Origin: a virus
Taxonomy: Duplodnaviria > Caudoviricetes
Length of the DNA: 64,000 nt
Direction: 5' to 3' (one strand)
Virus record (IMG/VR): IMGVR_UViG_2928510474_000005
Span: 4,425-68,424 of that record
Position numbers and translations under genes: made by a program
The notes under the pieces: model-generated
The model's database searches: none
Told to the model about the DNA's origin: nothing
The model's input: only the letters and a program-made list of their open reading frames with translations
Shown here: positions 28,272-36,690 of the stretch, in pieces
How the letters are laid out: each line of letters starts with the position of its first letter
How positions within the stretch are numbered: the stretch's first letter is position 1

Positions 28272-28828
28272 CATATATTACGCAGTTAGAACGCTCAATT
28301 AAGGACATTCGCAAACGGACGAGGGCAGGTGCATTGCCGCTAGAACAGCGTGCCGTAGAAATCCTCGCAGCAGTCGATCAATACGCGCTGGCACACGCCG
28401 ATGCGAACGCGGCTAAACGCGAGGACGCAATCGCTAATGGGCGAGACTTTCCGTTTAATCCTACGGACTCGGCGCTATTGACGCGACTAGCCGACTTAAT
28501 CCTCCACGAAGATTTAACGGACAGCACGGCATGGAAGTCGCGCCAATCGGAATACCCGTTCCTTAGCGAGTTTCAGTTAGCGCGCAGGCGTGACGGCGTC
28601 CATCAGCGCAAGAACGAAGGCGGTACCGGTGAGGCTACGATGGGTTTCGCAGAGGAATATTTAGCGACGGACGGACGTAATTACAGCGTGCCGATACGCA
28701 GGCAGCGCAGCATCAAAGAAGGCATAATCGTAGATGAAAACGCCAAGATTCGCAACAAAGAGCGACGTAAACGGTACGTCGAATTTACGAAAGTACAGCC
28801 GGTTATTACGTATAGGGCGCAGATGTAA
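28268..28828 (+). CDS. Hypothetical phage protein
   Basis: 186 aa, coupled to the HTH gene; directly precedes the structured non-coding region. Confidence 0.75.
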   Translation: MTYITQLERSIKDIRKRTRAGALPLEQRAVEILAAVDQYALAHADANAAKREDAIANGRDFPFNPTDSALLTRLADLILHEDLTDSTAWKSRQSEYPFLSEFQLARRRDGVHQRKNEGGTGEATMGFAEEYLATDGRNYSVPIRRQRSIKEGIIVDENAKIRNKERRKRYVEFTKVQPVITYRAQM

Positions 28829-28859
28829 CATATTATGTGCGGAATTGTATCTGGAATAG

Positions 28860-29332
28860 TGGAAAGTCCCGATCGGATTTCACCTAGGCGAGCACACTCC
28901 GGCATAATCGATGGCTTACACCATTACTATCCGGCAAGGCTCGCAGATACATAGCGCAGAGGACGGAAAGGTTCCCGTCGCGCAGCCGCATATTAGCGCC
29001 TGTTACCAGAGATGCGAGGCACGCCGTCTCGCCTGCGGGATTAAGTTACACTTCGCGCAGATACTTGCGCCATAGACCGGCGATTAAGCAAACGGACAGA
29101 CTTCGGTTAATGTGCGTTTGTCGTCGGGATACATTATACGATGCTACAACGAAGTCCGTCCGATGTGGCGGAACATTATCTCGGCTGCATTGCGCAGTCA
29201 ACAACGGATTTACGTCGCACCGTAGACGTTAAATATGCGGCTGATCGGGCGGTTTCATAACGCCAACATATCGCCCTTACGCCGAAAGCAGTCGAGGGCA
29301 TACGGGGTCGAGGCGTAGTTGCTTCGGCTTTT
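28860..29332 (+). ncRNA. Candidate large structured non-coding RNA (~470 nt)
   Basis: 550-nt gap with no ORF of 60 aa or more. 12-bp long-range helix 28983-94/29232-43 encloses about six hairpins, including a C(UUCG)G-capped arm 29078-29126; outer pairing 28868-74/29243-49; terminator-like 3' end. Confidence 0.7.
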
Positions 29333-29380
29333 ATACATAGCGGCACAGGCCGACTTAAAAATCGAAAGCAGGCGTTGTAA

Positions 29381-29815
29381 ATGGCTGATAAGCAATCGAA
29401 ATCGCGCGAATTAAGCGTAAAGATCGACGTAGATGTATCGGAAGCCTTAACGGGGCTGAAAGCGGTCGAACGGCAGGCGAAGACAGCTACTCAGGCTTTA
29501 CGAGTATTAGAAACGCAGGGCAACGTAATTAATGTCATGACTGCAGATTCTCGCGAATTAATAGCGTCAATTGGCGAGGGTAATGCGATTGTGCATAACG
29601 ATTTCTTAGTCGAATACGGCAAGCAGGCGATGCGCTCCGACATTTCCTCGTTTTCTACGAAGGCGCTATCGGAAGAATTGGCGAAGCGTGAAGGCGTTAC
29701 GGAATACTACGTAGCACCTCACGGAGCGCACGCGGAGTTATGGATAAGGGACGCGGATGCCGGCGTAAAGCACGATCTCGGCGGAGGCGCGATAATTCTC
29801 GTTAATAGGGATTAA
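29381..29815 (+). CDS. Hypothetical phage protein (C-terminus resembles the BC1881 family)
   Basis: STKALSEELAKREGVTEYYVAPH; family name from recall only. Confidence 0.65.
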   Translation: MADKQSKSRELSVKIDVDVSEALTGLKAVERQAKTATQALRVLETQGNVINVMTADSRELIASIGEGNAIVHNDFLVEYGKQAMRSDISSFSTKALSEELAKREGVTEYYVAPHGAHAELWIRDADAGVKHDLGGGAIILVNRD

Positions 29816-29820
29816 TACTG

Positions 29821-29849
29821 AGGGCGTCCGCTAGTTGGGCGTCTTTTTG
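29821..29849. terminator. Intrinsic terminator between convergent genes
   Basis: AGGGCGTCC/GGGCGTCTT stem followed by a T-run. Confidence 0.65.
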
Positions 29850-29862
29850 ATTGCGCGAGAGA

Positions 29863-30138
29863 TTAGTTTCTAGCGCGGATAGTGCGGATTTTAGTAGCGA
29901 CTAGGTTTCTGAACTCGTCTAGTAGTGTCAATTCGATAGGATTAACGATAGCTTCGTCTAGTAGTGATGGATTATTTACCCATACGATTTCAGCGTTTAA
30001 AGTGATGTAGTCGATTGCGTGGTTAGATTGCTTAATGTTTACGTTGAATTTGATTTCGTCGTTAATGTAACCTTCGACTACTACGTTTCCTGCTAGGTTT
30101 GAAGGTGCTACTTCTGTGATTTCGAATGAGTTTGTCAT
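29863..30138 (-). CDS. AT-rich moron gene, 91 aa, unknown function
   Basis: Opposite strand, own promoter and SD AAGGGG; composition differs from flanks. Confidence 0.75.
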   Translation of the reverse strand: MTNSFEITEVAPSNLAGNVVVEGYINDEIKFNVNIKQSNHAIDYITLNAEIVWVNNPSLLDEAIVNPIELTLLDEFRNLVATKIRTIRARN

Positions 30139-30193
30139 TTTGATTATCCCCTTTTGGTTTAGTTTTTTGTGTTGCTCTTTTCTTATTACCTTA

Positions 30194-30222
30194 ATAATAC
30201 CATGACTCGTTTAAGGTGTCAA
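30194..30222 (-). promoter_or_regulatory. Strong sigmaA promoter for the moron gene
   Basis: TTGACA (30222-30217), 17 nt, extended TG-G-TATTAT (30199-30194). Confidence 0.75.
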
Positions 30223-30230
30223 CACTTTTG

Positions 30231-30428
30231 TTAAACTATTTTCAAAAGTTCGCCAATTTCTATTTCTAAGTAAGTACAAACGCGGTACAACAAGTCTTTT
30301 GGCAGTCTCTCCATATCATCATTATATAAGTTACGCACCGATTCGAACCGGTAATCTATCGCTTGGGACAACTGCCTAATCGATATTTCGCGTTCATCAA
30401 GTATCGCCTTTAAGTTGGATACGATCAT
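30231..30428 (-). CDS. XRE-family HTH regulator
   Basis: [33 protein letters not shown]...[12 protein letters not shown]. Confidence 0.85.
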   Translation of the reverse strand: MIVSNLKAILDEREISIRQLSQAIDYRFESVRNLYNDDMERLPKDLLYRVCTYLEIEIGELLKIV

Positions 30429-30506
30429 TTAATCACCTCAGATTCTTCGAATTAGAAAGAGTAAACCATCTTCATATAAATGTCATATTAATCGGAGGAG
30501 AGTGCG

Positions 30507-31145
30507 CTGTCAATAAAAGATGATTACGAGGTTCTTCCTATTTCCAATCGCGAAGCTTTAGCTGTAGTTATAGAAAAACACTATCTACACCGCAAAGCGC
30601 CGTGCAAACATTCCTTCGGCTTATTTAGGAAGTGGGACTCTAAACTTCTAGGGGTAATTATATTCGGAGCCCCTGCAATGATTGATGTAGCAAAAGGTAT
30701 TTGTGGTGACGACGAAAAACATAATGTTTTAGAGTTAACACGATTGTGGGTGGACGACTTAGTTCCTCGTAATGGTGAGAGTTTTCTGATAAGTTCGGGC
30801 ATCAGATTACTTGACTCTGAGATAATAATCTCATACGCAGACAGTGGCCAGAGTCATGTTGGTACAGTTTACCAAGCTACTAATTTTATATATGCTGGGC
30901 TGACTCACAAGTCTGGGGGTTATATGATAGATGGCGATTCATCCATGCTCAAGAGGACAATAAGTGACCTATACGGATCTATCGCTAAAGCTCGAGAGGT
31001 GTTGGGCGATAGGATCACTACTTACGATATGCCACGTAAGCATCGATATATTTTCTTTAACGCCAGCAAGCGGAGAAAACGCGAATTGTTGGCGAAGTTA
31101 AAGTTTGAAATTGAGGAGTATCCGAAGCTGAGTAAATCGGCTTAA
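30507..31145 (+). CDS. Mom-like (GNAT-fold) DNA adenine-modification enzyme, probable CTG start
   Basis: EKHYLHR, GVIIFGAP, LELTRLWV, ESFLIS, ISYADSGQSHVGTVYQATNFIYAG, KHRYI. SD GGAGGAG at 30494-30500 then in-frame CTG at 30507; the track ATG at 30678 truncates the HYLH motif. Confidence 0.82.
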   Translation: MSIKDDYEVLPISNREALAVVIEKHYLHRKAPCKHSFGLFRKWDSKLLGVIIFGAPAMIDVAKGICGDDEKHNVLELTRLWVDDLVPRNGESFLISSGIRLLDSEIIISYADSGQSHVGTVYQATNFIYAGLTHKSGGYMIDGDSSMLKRTISDLYGSIAKAREVLGDRITTYDMPRKHRYIFFNASKRRKRELLAKLKFEIEEYPKLSKSA

Positions 31146-31197
31146 TGCGCTACAGTCGGCGGACTATAAGCGACAAACTGACGAGGATGATGACGAT

Positions 31198-31572
31198 ATG
31201 ACGAATTTACAGCCGGCAATGCACGATTACACGCGAGTAGGAAACTTATTGGCGTATATGGATCGATTGATTGCGCTAGAGAACGGCGACTCTTTCCGCT
31301 GTGGTCGAGAGATTGGCGAGTCTATTGCCGAGGTACGCGCAGAGTTAGATATCGGATTGGGCGTAGAGTTTAATCGCAAAGGCGGCTGGCATGTCGTACA
31401 GGCGGCGAAAGAAGAGGGCGTCGCTCCTAAGTATGTCGATACGTTTATCGTGAGATTCGACGAATCAGTCCCAGACAAAATTACCGATTTAAAGGCGCAA
31501 GGCTATCGCATCTTTTATGTGGCGAGGGGTATCGGGATCGTTGACGGATTCATTGAGGGTGCTCGAAAATGA
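31198..31572 (+). CDS. Hypothetical protein
   Basis: SD GAGGA; ATGA coupling to the rep-like gene. Confidence 0.65.
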   Translation: MTNLQPAMHDYTRVGNLLAYMDRLIALENGDSFRCGREIGESIAEVRAELDIGLGVEFNRKGGWHVVQAAKEEGVAPKYVDTFIVRFDESVPDKITDLKAQGYRIFYVARGIGIVDGFIEGARK

Positions 31573-32363
31573 CTAACGCATGGGCGATGATTCACCGCGA
31601 GACAGGCGAAATTAAAGAACTGCAATCCTCCGCGAATCGTGACGCGGGCTATCATCAGCACAAGTCGAAGGAACGTCGTGCCGGTCGTGCTATCGATTTT
31701 ACTAACGCTAACATGCGCTATTTGCACGAAGTATACGACGCGCTTACAACGGCGCAATGCGGCTATCTGATGCTGCTACAGTGTTACGTAGACTACGACG
31801 ACGGAACGATTATTAACCCGGATAAGACGCCGATGACTGCCGCAAATATGCTCGCGGCTTTGCAGTTAAAGCGGAAGCGATCGACTTACCACGATTTCAT
31901 GAGCGCGTGCATTGCTTGCGGCTTTATTATCGAGGCCGAAGACGGTAGCTTTGCGATTAACAGGCGCTATCACTTTAAAGGCGCAATGGCCGACACATAC
32001 GCAATTAAGACGTATACGGCGAAGGTTAAGCGAGTTTATAGCGAGGTCAAAGCGGCTGACATCGGTTTGATTTACCGCATGTTACCGCTAGTCCATATGT
32101 CGACGAACGCCCTTTGCGATAATCCTTTCGAGAAGAATCCGAAGAAAGTCCGCTGGCTTAATCGCAAGGAATTAGCGGAAGCAATCGGCGTTGATCCTTC
32201 GACATTGGGACGTAGGTTGCCTGGCATGAGATTCGACGGCGAATACGTAGTGGCGCGCATAAAACTCGGCAGCGAGCCGGAGCGATATACGATGAATCCT
32301 AGCGTGTTTTATCGGCAAGATAACGAGCCGGGTGGTACTTTACAGGCGATGTTTAACGTCTAA
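31569..32363 (+). CDS. Plasmid-type replication initiator-like protein (RepL-like, tandem winged HTH)
   Basis: Two wHTH-like units (STYHDFMSAC...FAINRRYHFKG; NRKELAEAIGVDPSTLGRRL...YTMNPSVFYR), immediately followed by 21-bp direct repeats. Confidence 0.65.
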   Translation: MTNAWAMIHRETGEIKELQSSANRDAGYHQHKSKERRAGRAIDFTNANMRYLHEVYDALTTAQCGYLMLLQCYVDYDDGTIINPDKTPMTAANMLAALQLKRKRSTYHDFMSACIACGFIIEAEDGSFAINRRYHFKGAMADTYAIKTYTAKVKRVYSEVKAADIGLIYRMLPLVHMSTNALCDNPFEKNPKKVRWLNRKELAEAIGVDPSTLGRRLPGMRFDGEYVVARIKLGSEPERYTMNPSVFYRQDNEPGGTLQAMFNV

Positions 32364-32383
32364 TTGAGAACAGACTGATAACG

Positions 32384-32435
32384 AGTGTGACCTTATTCGG
32401 ACATATCGGCGAAAAGTGTGACCTTATTCGGACAT
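32384..32435 (+). repeat. Iteron-like 21-bp direct repeats (candidate ori)
   Basis: AGTGTGACCTTATTCGGACAT at 32384-32404 and 32415-32435; 31-bp period, about 3 helical turns. Confidence 0.8.
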
Positions 32436-32754
32436 GCGAAAAGCGCCGTCAGCCTATACGTACCAATGGTTACAGCCGTTTTGGGCACGGAATTATCTCT
32501 TAGTCTTTGTTAACGGAGATTATCGCCTATTACAGTAATAGTAACGAGTGCCTTAAACATGCGCCTCAATGACTAAGGGCGTGTCATTTCGGCGGGGTAT
32601 TCTCTTATAAAGATATTGGCGCCAGATGATAAGTAATAGATAATCCCGACGGCGTAAGCCGGAGGTATGTCTTATCTCTCGCACTTATCTTTATTAACGA
32701 TACTAACCGGAATAGCTACTGACACGTAGCGGAATATAGGCGGAGGTGTAGACG

Positions 32755-32919
32755 ATGGAAAAAGGTATTAAGATACTATCGGACTTATTCGGAATGACTA
32801 CCGAGGAATTAACGCAAATGACACCGGACGAAATAGGCGCTAAGTGGCGTAATCACTGTAAGGCGAAACATGACGCATCTATACAGCGGATGAGAGACAT
32901 CGGAGGTGCTACGGAATGA
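32755..32919 (+). CDS. 54-aa hypothetical protein (not in ORF track)
   Basis: SD GGAGGTG; MEKGIKILSDLFG...; ATGA overlap with the next gene. Confidence 0.65.
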   Translation: MEKGIKILSDLFGMTTEELTQMTPDEIGAKWRNHCKAKHDASIQRMRDIGGATE

Positions 32920-33158
32920 AATCGTATATAGGCGAACAGAACGCTAAGCTCGTAACATTCGGCGATAAATACGCAATGGTATTCGATGATGTTCCGTCAT
33001 TAATATTCGTTAGTTACGACGGTAATGGGCGTATGGATCAGACGTTTTATAAAGGCGAGCAATTAACGAATGTTAAGGCGATAGAAATCCGTAGTGGACT
33101 CGAAGAGGTAACGGAATATATGACGACTAATTATGCAATTGATATAGACGTTAAATAG
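32916..33158 (+). CDS. Hypothetical protein
   Basis: SD GGAGGTG; 80 aa. Confidence 0.65.
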   Translation: MKSYIGEQNAKLVTFGDKYAMVFDDVPSLIFVSYDGNGRMDQTFYKGEQLTNVKAIEIRSGLEEVTEYMTTNYAIDIDVK

Positions 33159-33372
33159 GCGGTTATATAGCGGTACACCTTACGCCAGCAAATAACGCCT
33201 GATTAACGACGCTCTTATATAGAAGGAACTCGGATATAGTCGATTGACCTACGGTGAGACTGCGTTACTAGGCGAAGGGGAATCCGTCGGGCAGACGCTC
33301 CTGCCGGGGATGACCTCGCCAAACTCACGGGGCTAAGTCGATTCCAAAGCGTTTTTAAGAGTATACCTTCGC

Positions 33373-33464
33373 AGACGCACCGAATCAGCGTCTTTATAAT
33401 CGTAATATCGACTTATAAGAACGTCTATATAATAGTTGACTTTTACAGACGATTTCCGTATACT
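33373..33464. promoter_or_regulatory. Resolvase promoter and candidate res subsites
   Basis: TTGACT(33436)-17-TATACT(33459); inverted half-sites AGACGC-N9-GCGTCT 33373-93 and CGTCT(33422)...AGACG(33447). Confidence 0.55.
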
Positions 33465-33497
33465 TAACTTAACGATAAGACAACGGAGGCGTTCGAT

Positions 33498-34121
33498 ATG
33501 AAATTCGCATACATTCGCGTAAGTAGCAAGGATCAGAACGAAGCACGGCAAGTCGATACGATGGTGGCGCAAGGCGTGCCGGAAGCTAACGTATATATCG
33601 ACAAGGCAAGCGGCAAGGATACGGACCGAGCACAGTATCAGGCGTTGAAAGGTAAACTACGAGCAGGCGATATCGTCGTATTCGATAGTATAAGCCGAAT
33701 GAGCCGTAGTATGGACGATACTAAGCGCGAGTATGAATGGTACATAACGAAAGGCATAGCGCTTGAGTTCGTTAAGGAGCCGATGCTTAATACGACAGGT
33801 ACAGCGCAGGACGACGTGTTGCAGCGGGCTATAGGCGATATCATACTTACGATACTATCAGCATTCGCGGAGAAGGAGCGGGATGATATACGGGTTAGGC
33901 AAGCGGAGGGTATAGCGGCAGCCAAGAGTAGGGGCCAACGCCTAGGCCGACCAGCTATCACATGGCAGACGCTTGACACCGATACAAGACGCCTATTCAT
34001 AGCGCAATATAGCCGATGGAAAGCAGGAGAACAGACGGCTGTCGAAACGTTTAAGAACGTAGGCATGACTAAATCAACGTTCTATAAGATAGCGAAGGAG
34101 TACGAAGCGGTAGCACATTGA
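33498..34121 (+). CDS. Small serine recombinase (resolvase/invertase)
   Basis: YIRVSSKDQ, DKASGK...R, SISRMSRS, AEKER...RQAEGIAAAK..G.RLGRP; C-terminal HTH. Confidence 0.93.
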   Translation: MKFAYIRVSSKDQNEARQVDTMVAQGVPEANVYIDKASGKDTDRAQYQALKGKLRAGDIVVFDSISRMSRSMDDTKREYEWYITKGIALEFVKEPMLNTTGTAQDDVLQRAIGDIILTILSAFAEKERDDIRVRQAEGIAAAKSRGQRLGRPAITWQTLDTDTRRLFIAQYSRWKAGEQTAVETFKNVGMTKSTFYKIAKEYEAVAH

Positions 34122-34486
34122 TACAGCGTCACATAAGAACGATACGAACCGTTGTTACTACGTAGATACATTGCGTATGGCAACGGTTTTAATGCGCATA
34201 TAAATAACGATTAATAAACGTAATTTAAACGCAATTGTGTACGTTGTTCAAACAAACGTGAATGTCGAATTGTTTCCCCCAACGGCACTATTAGAAAACG
34301 CTGCAACTGCCGTACGGAATTAGCGTAGCATTTTTTGAACTCAGGGGCATAGACGGAGGCCGCGCGCAAGCATAACGATTCACACGCGTTACGCACGTCG
34401 TTTTAAGCGTCCTAGCACCCCGCAGGTGTATTCGTATGGGTAGACGCTACAACGGCTTTAAACAAGGCGCAAAGGAGGCGAATTAG

Positions 34487-36241
34487 ATGGCGTGGATAAA
34501 CGAAGAATGGATGGAGCGCGGACAGCGGGCGGAACGTATCGCAGTCTTAACGGAGGTGGTCCGCAAGCTGGCCGACGTAATTAAAGCCGGCAAGGCTACG
34601 GATTATCATATCGATATGTTTAAACGGAATCGTGCGGAACTCGTCAAGCTGAAACGCGTACATCGCGCCGAGGTCGACGTTGCCTACTTCGCCTACGAAT
34701 ATTTATCCGACATACATAACGGTGAGAACGAAGACAACATAATAATGCACGCGGACACCGGCGTAATGCACCACGATATCGACGAAGTTGCGCCAATACA
34801 TCACGAGTTCTACGACTTATGCGATCACGTAAACGATGCGGAACGAAATGCCCGGCTTGCAATCGCTGCAGCACGTGGTCATTCGAAATCCGGCGTATTC
34901 TCGAACGGCTTTCCACTGCACCAAGTAGTATTCCGCAAGCGACGGTATATCTTAGTGATCTCGGAAACCGACTCGCTATCGAAGAAGTTAATCGGTTGGG
35001 TTAATAAGCAGCTTAAATTCAACGCTAAGCTAACGGAAGACTTCGGGCCATTAATGCACGAAACGCCGAGTCGAAACGAAAAGGATAACGAAGAGGCGTT
35101 TATTACACTTAGCGGCGCATTAATAGAGGCGTCAAGTTCCGGCAAGCAATTGCGCGGGAAGCGCCACGGAGCCCATCGTCCGGATCTCGTCATCATAGAC
35201 GACCCTTCATCGCAGAATAACGAAGGAACGAAGGAGGCGCGGGAGAAGCTCGTTCACTGGTTCAACTCCGTAGTTATGCCGATTGGGTCAGCGTCAACGG
35301 CGTTCGTGCTAGTCGGAACAATGGTCAGCGCGACGGGGCTTCTAAACCATGTACTGAAACGGAAGGACTTTAAGTCGTCATTTCATGGCGCAGTAATCAG
35401 CGAGCCTACGTATCCCAAGCTATGGGACGAATATTGCGAGCTATACGCGAGGGCGGAAACGGTCGAAGAGGTTGACGAATTCTACGAAGCCAACCGGCAA
35501 ACCCTCGACGATGGCGTTGAATTGGCGTGGTCGTGGCGATGGACATATCGGGCGCTAATGCACGAAAAAGTTAATATGGGGACGCGCTCTTATAACTCGG
35601 AGTATCGAAACTTAGCGTTCAGCGAAGACGAGCAATTCTTCTTCCCGGAGAAATACGCGTACTATCATTATCTCCATGAGAACGGAGTGCCGCACGTAGT
35701 CTACAACGAATTACGCATCCCGTTCAGCGAATTAACGATAGGCGGCGCGTGGGACATCGCGATGGGCAAGAACTCGCGGTCATGCTACAACGCGGTCATT
35801 ACGCTAGGCAAGCACGAACCGACCGGCTATATCTTCGTACTCGACGAATATGCGACGAAAGAACCTGCGCATGTATACATCGATTTAATCGTTAAGAAAA
35901 TCAAGCAGTACCGACACAGCGTATTCAACGTTGAAACAATTAACGCGCAACACGAATACTACCGCCAATTGCAGGAGGCGCTACGTCTTGCGGGCGTATA
36001 TTCGACGAGGATTAACGATATAAAGTCGCACAGATCCTCGAAAGATGAGCGGATAGAGTCGTTAGAGCCGTTATGCCACAACAAAACGCTGATATTCAAC
36101 GACAAGCACACGATATTGCTCGATCAGATGGCGCAATATCCGTTCGGCGACTACGTAGATTCGATTGACGCACTGCAACTAGCGGTCGACAACATATTCA
36201 AGCCGAAAGCAAGGGTAACTACGAAACCAAGTTTCTTATAG
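34487..36241 (+). CDS. terL: Terminase large subunit
   Basis: AARGHSKS Walker A, RGKRHGAHRPDLVIIDD, VGT coupling motif, nuclease AWDIAMG and DYVDSIDA. Confidence 0.93.
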   Translation: MAWINEEWMERGQRAERIAVLTEVVRKLADVIKAGKATDYHIDMFKRNRAELVKLKRVHRAEVDVAYFAYEYLSDIHNGENEDNIIMHADTGVMHHDIDEVAPIHHEFYDLCDHVNDAERNARLAIAAARGHSKSGVFSNGFPLHQVVFRKRRYILVISETDSLSKKLIGWVNKQLKFNAKLTEDFGPLMHETPSRNEKDNEEAFITLSGALIEASSSGKQLRGKRHGAHRPDLVIIDDPSSQNNEGTKEAREKLVHWFNSVVMPIGSASTAFVLVGTMVSATGLLNHVLKRKDFKSSFHGAVISEPTYPKLWDEYCELYARAETVEEVDEFYEANRQTLDDGVELAWSWRWTYRALMHEKVNMGTRSYNSEYRNLAFSEDEQFFFPEKYAYYHYLHENGVPHVVYNELRIPFSELTIGGAWDIAMGKNSRSCYNAVITLGKHEPTGYIFVLDEYATKEPAHVYIDLIVKKIKQYRHSVFNVETINAQHEYYRQLQEALRLAGVYSTRINDIKSHRSSKDERIESLEPLCHNKTLIFNDKHTILLDQMAQYPFGDYVDSIDALQLAVDNIFKPKARVTTKPSFL

Positions 36242-36255
36242 GAGGAGGTAAACGA

Positions 36256-36690
36256 ATGAGCAACCGAAAGAAGCAATTAGAAGCGAAACTAGACGCAAGA
36301 CAACGCAAGGCAGCGTACTTACTCGTCGAAAACGAATTACGTGAAACAGGAGAACGTAAGTCATACGAAGAAATCGCAGCAGAAATCGGCGTACATTATA
36401 AAACTATATGGGAATGGCGTACGAAGAATCGCAATTTTATCGCATACAAGAACGAAATTGCAGACGACTTCCTAGCGGACAAGCGCGATCAAGTATATGC
36501 ACAACTAATGAAGCTAATCACCGCACCGCAACCGTCGGTCAAGGCGATCGACTTATTTATGCGTAGGCACGGTATGTTAACCGACCGACAAATCACGCAA
36601 ACAGAAAATGGCGACGAGAACCGATCTACTGCCGACCTCGCTGACGTATTAGAAGGGCTAGACGAATTACTGGACGGTGACGACGATTGA
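36256..36690 (+). CDS. HTH protein, probable terminase small subunit (phBC6A51-type)
   Basis: SYEEIAAEIGVHYKTIWEWRTKN; PSVKAIDLF; located between TerL and portal. Confidence 0.7.
   Translation: MSNRKKQLEAKLDARQRKAAYLLVENELRETGERKSYEEIAAEIGVHYKTIWEWRTKNRNFIAYKNEIADDFLADKRDQVYAQLMKLITAPQPSVKAIDLFMRRHGMLTDRQITQTENGDENRSTADLADVLEGLDELLDGDDD

Noticed and set aside
28860-29332. Calling the structured region a group I intron, tmRNA, RNase P or known riboswitch
   Set aside because: It does not interrupt a gene, and I could not find P7 guanosine-binding, tRNA-like end or RNase P P4 consensus elements by eye; left as an unassigned ncRNA pending cmscan.
34130-34480. cos/pac site upstream of terL
   Set aside because: AT-rich non-coding tract with short palindromes, but no specific motif I can support without read-termini data.
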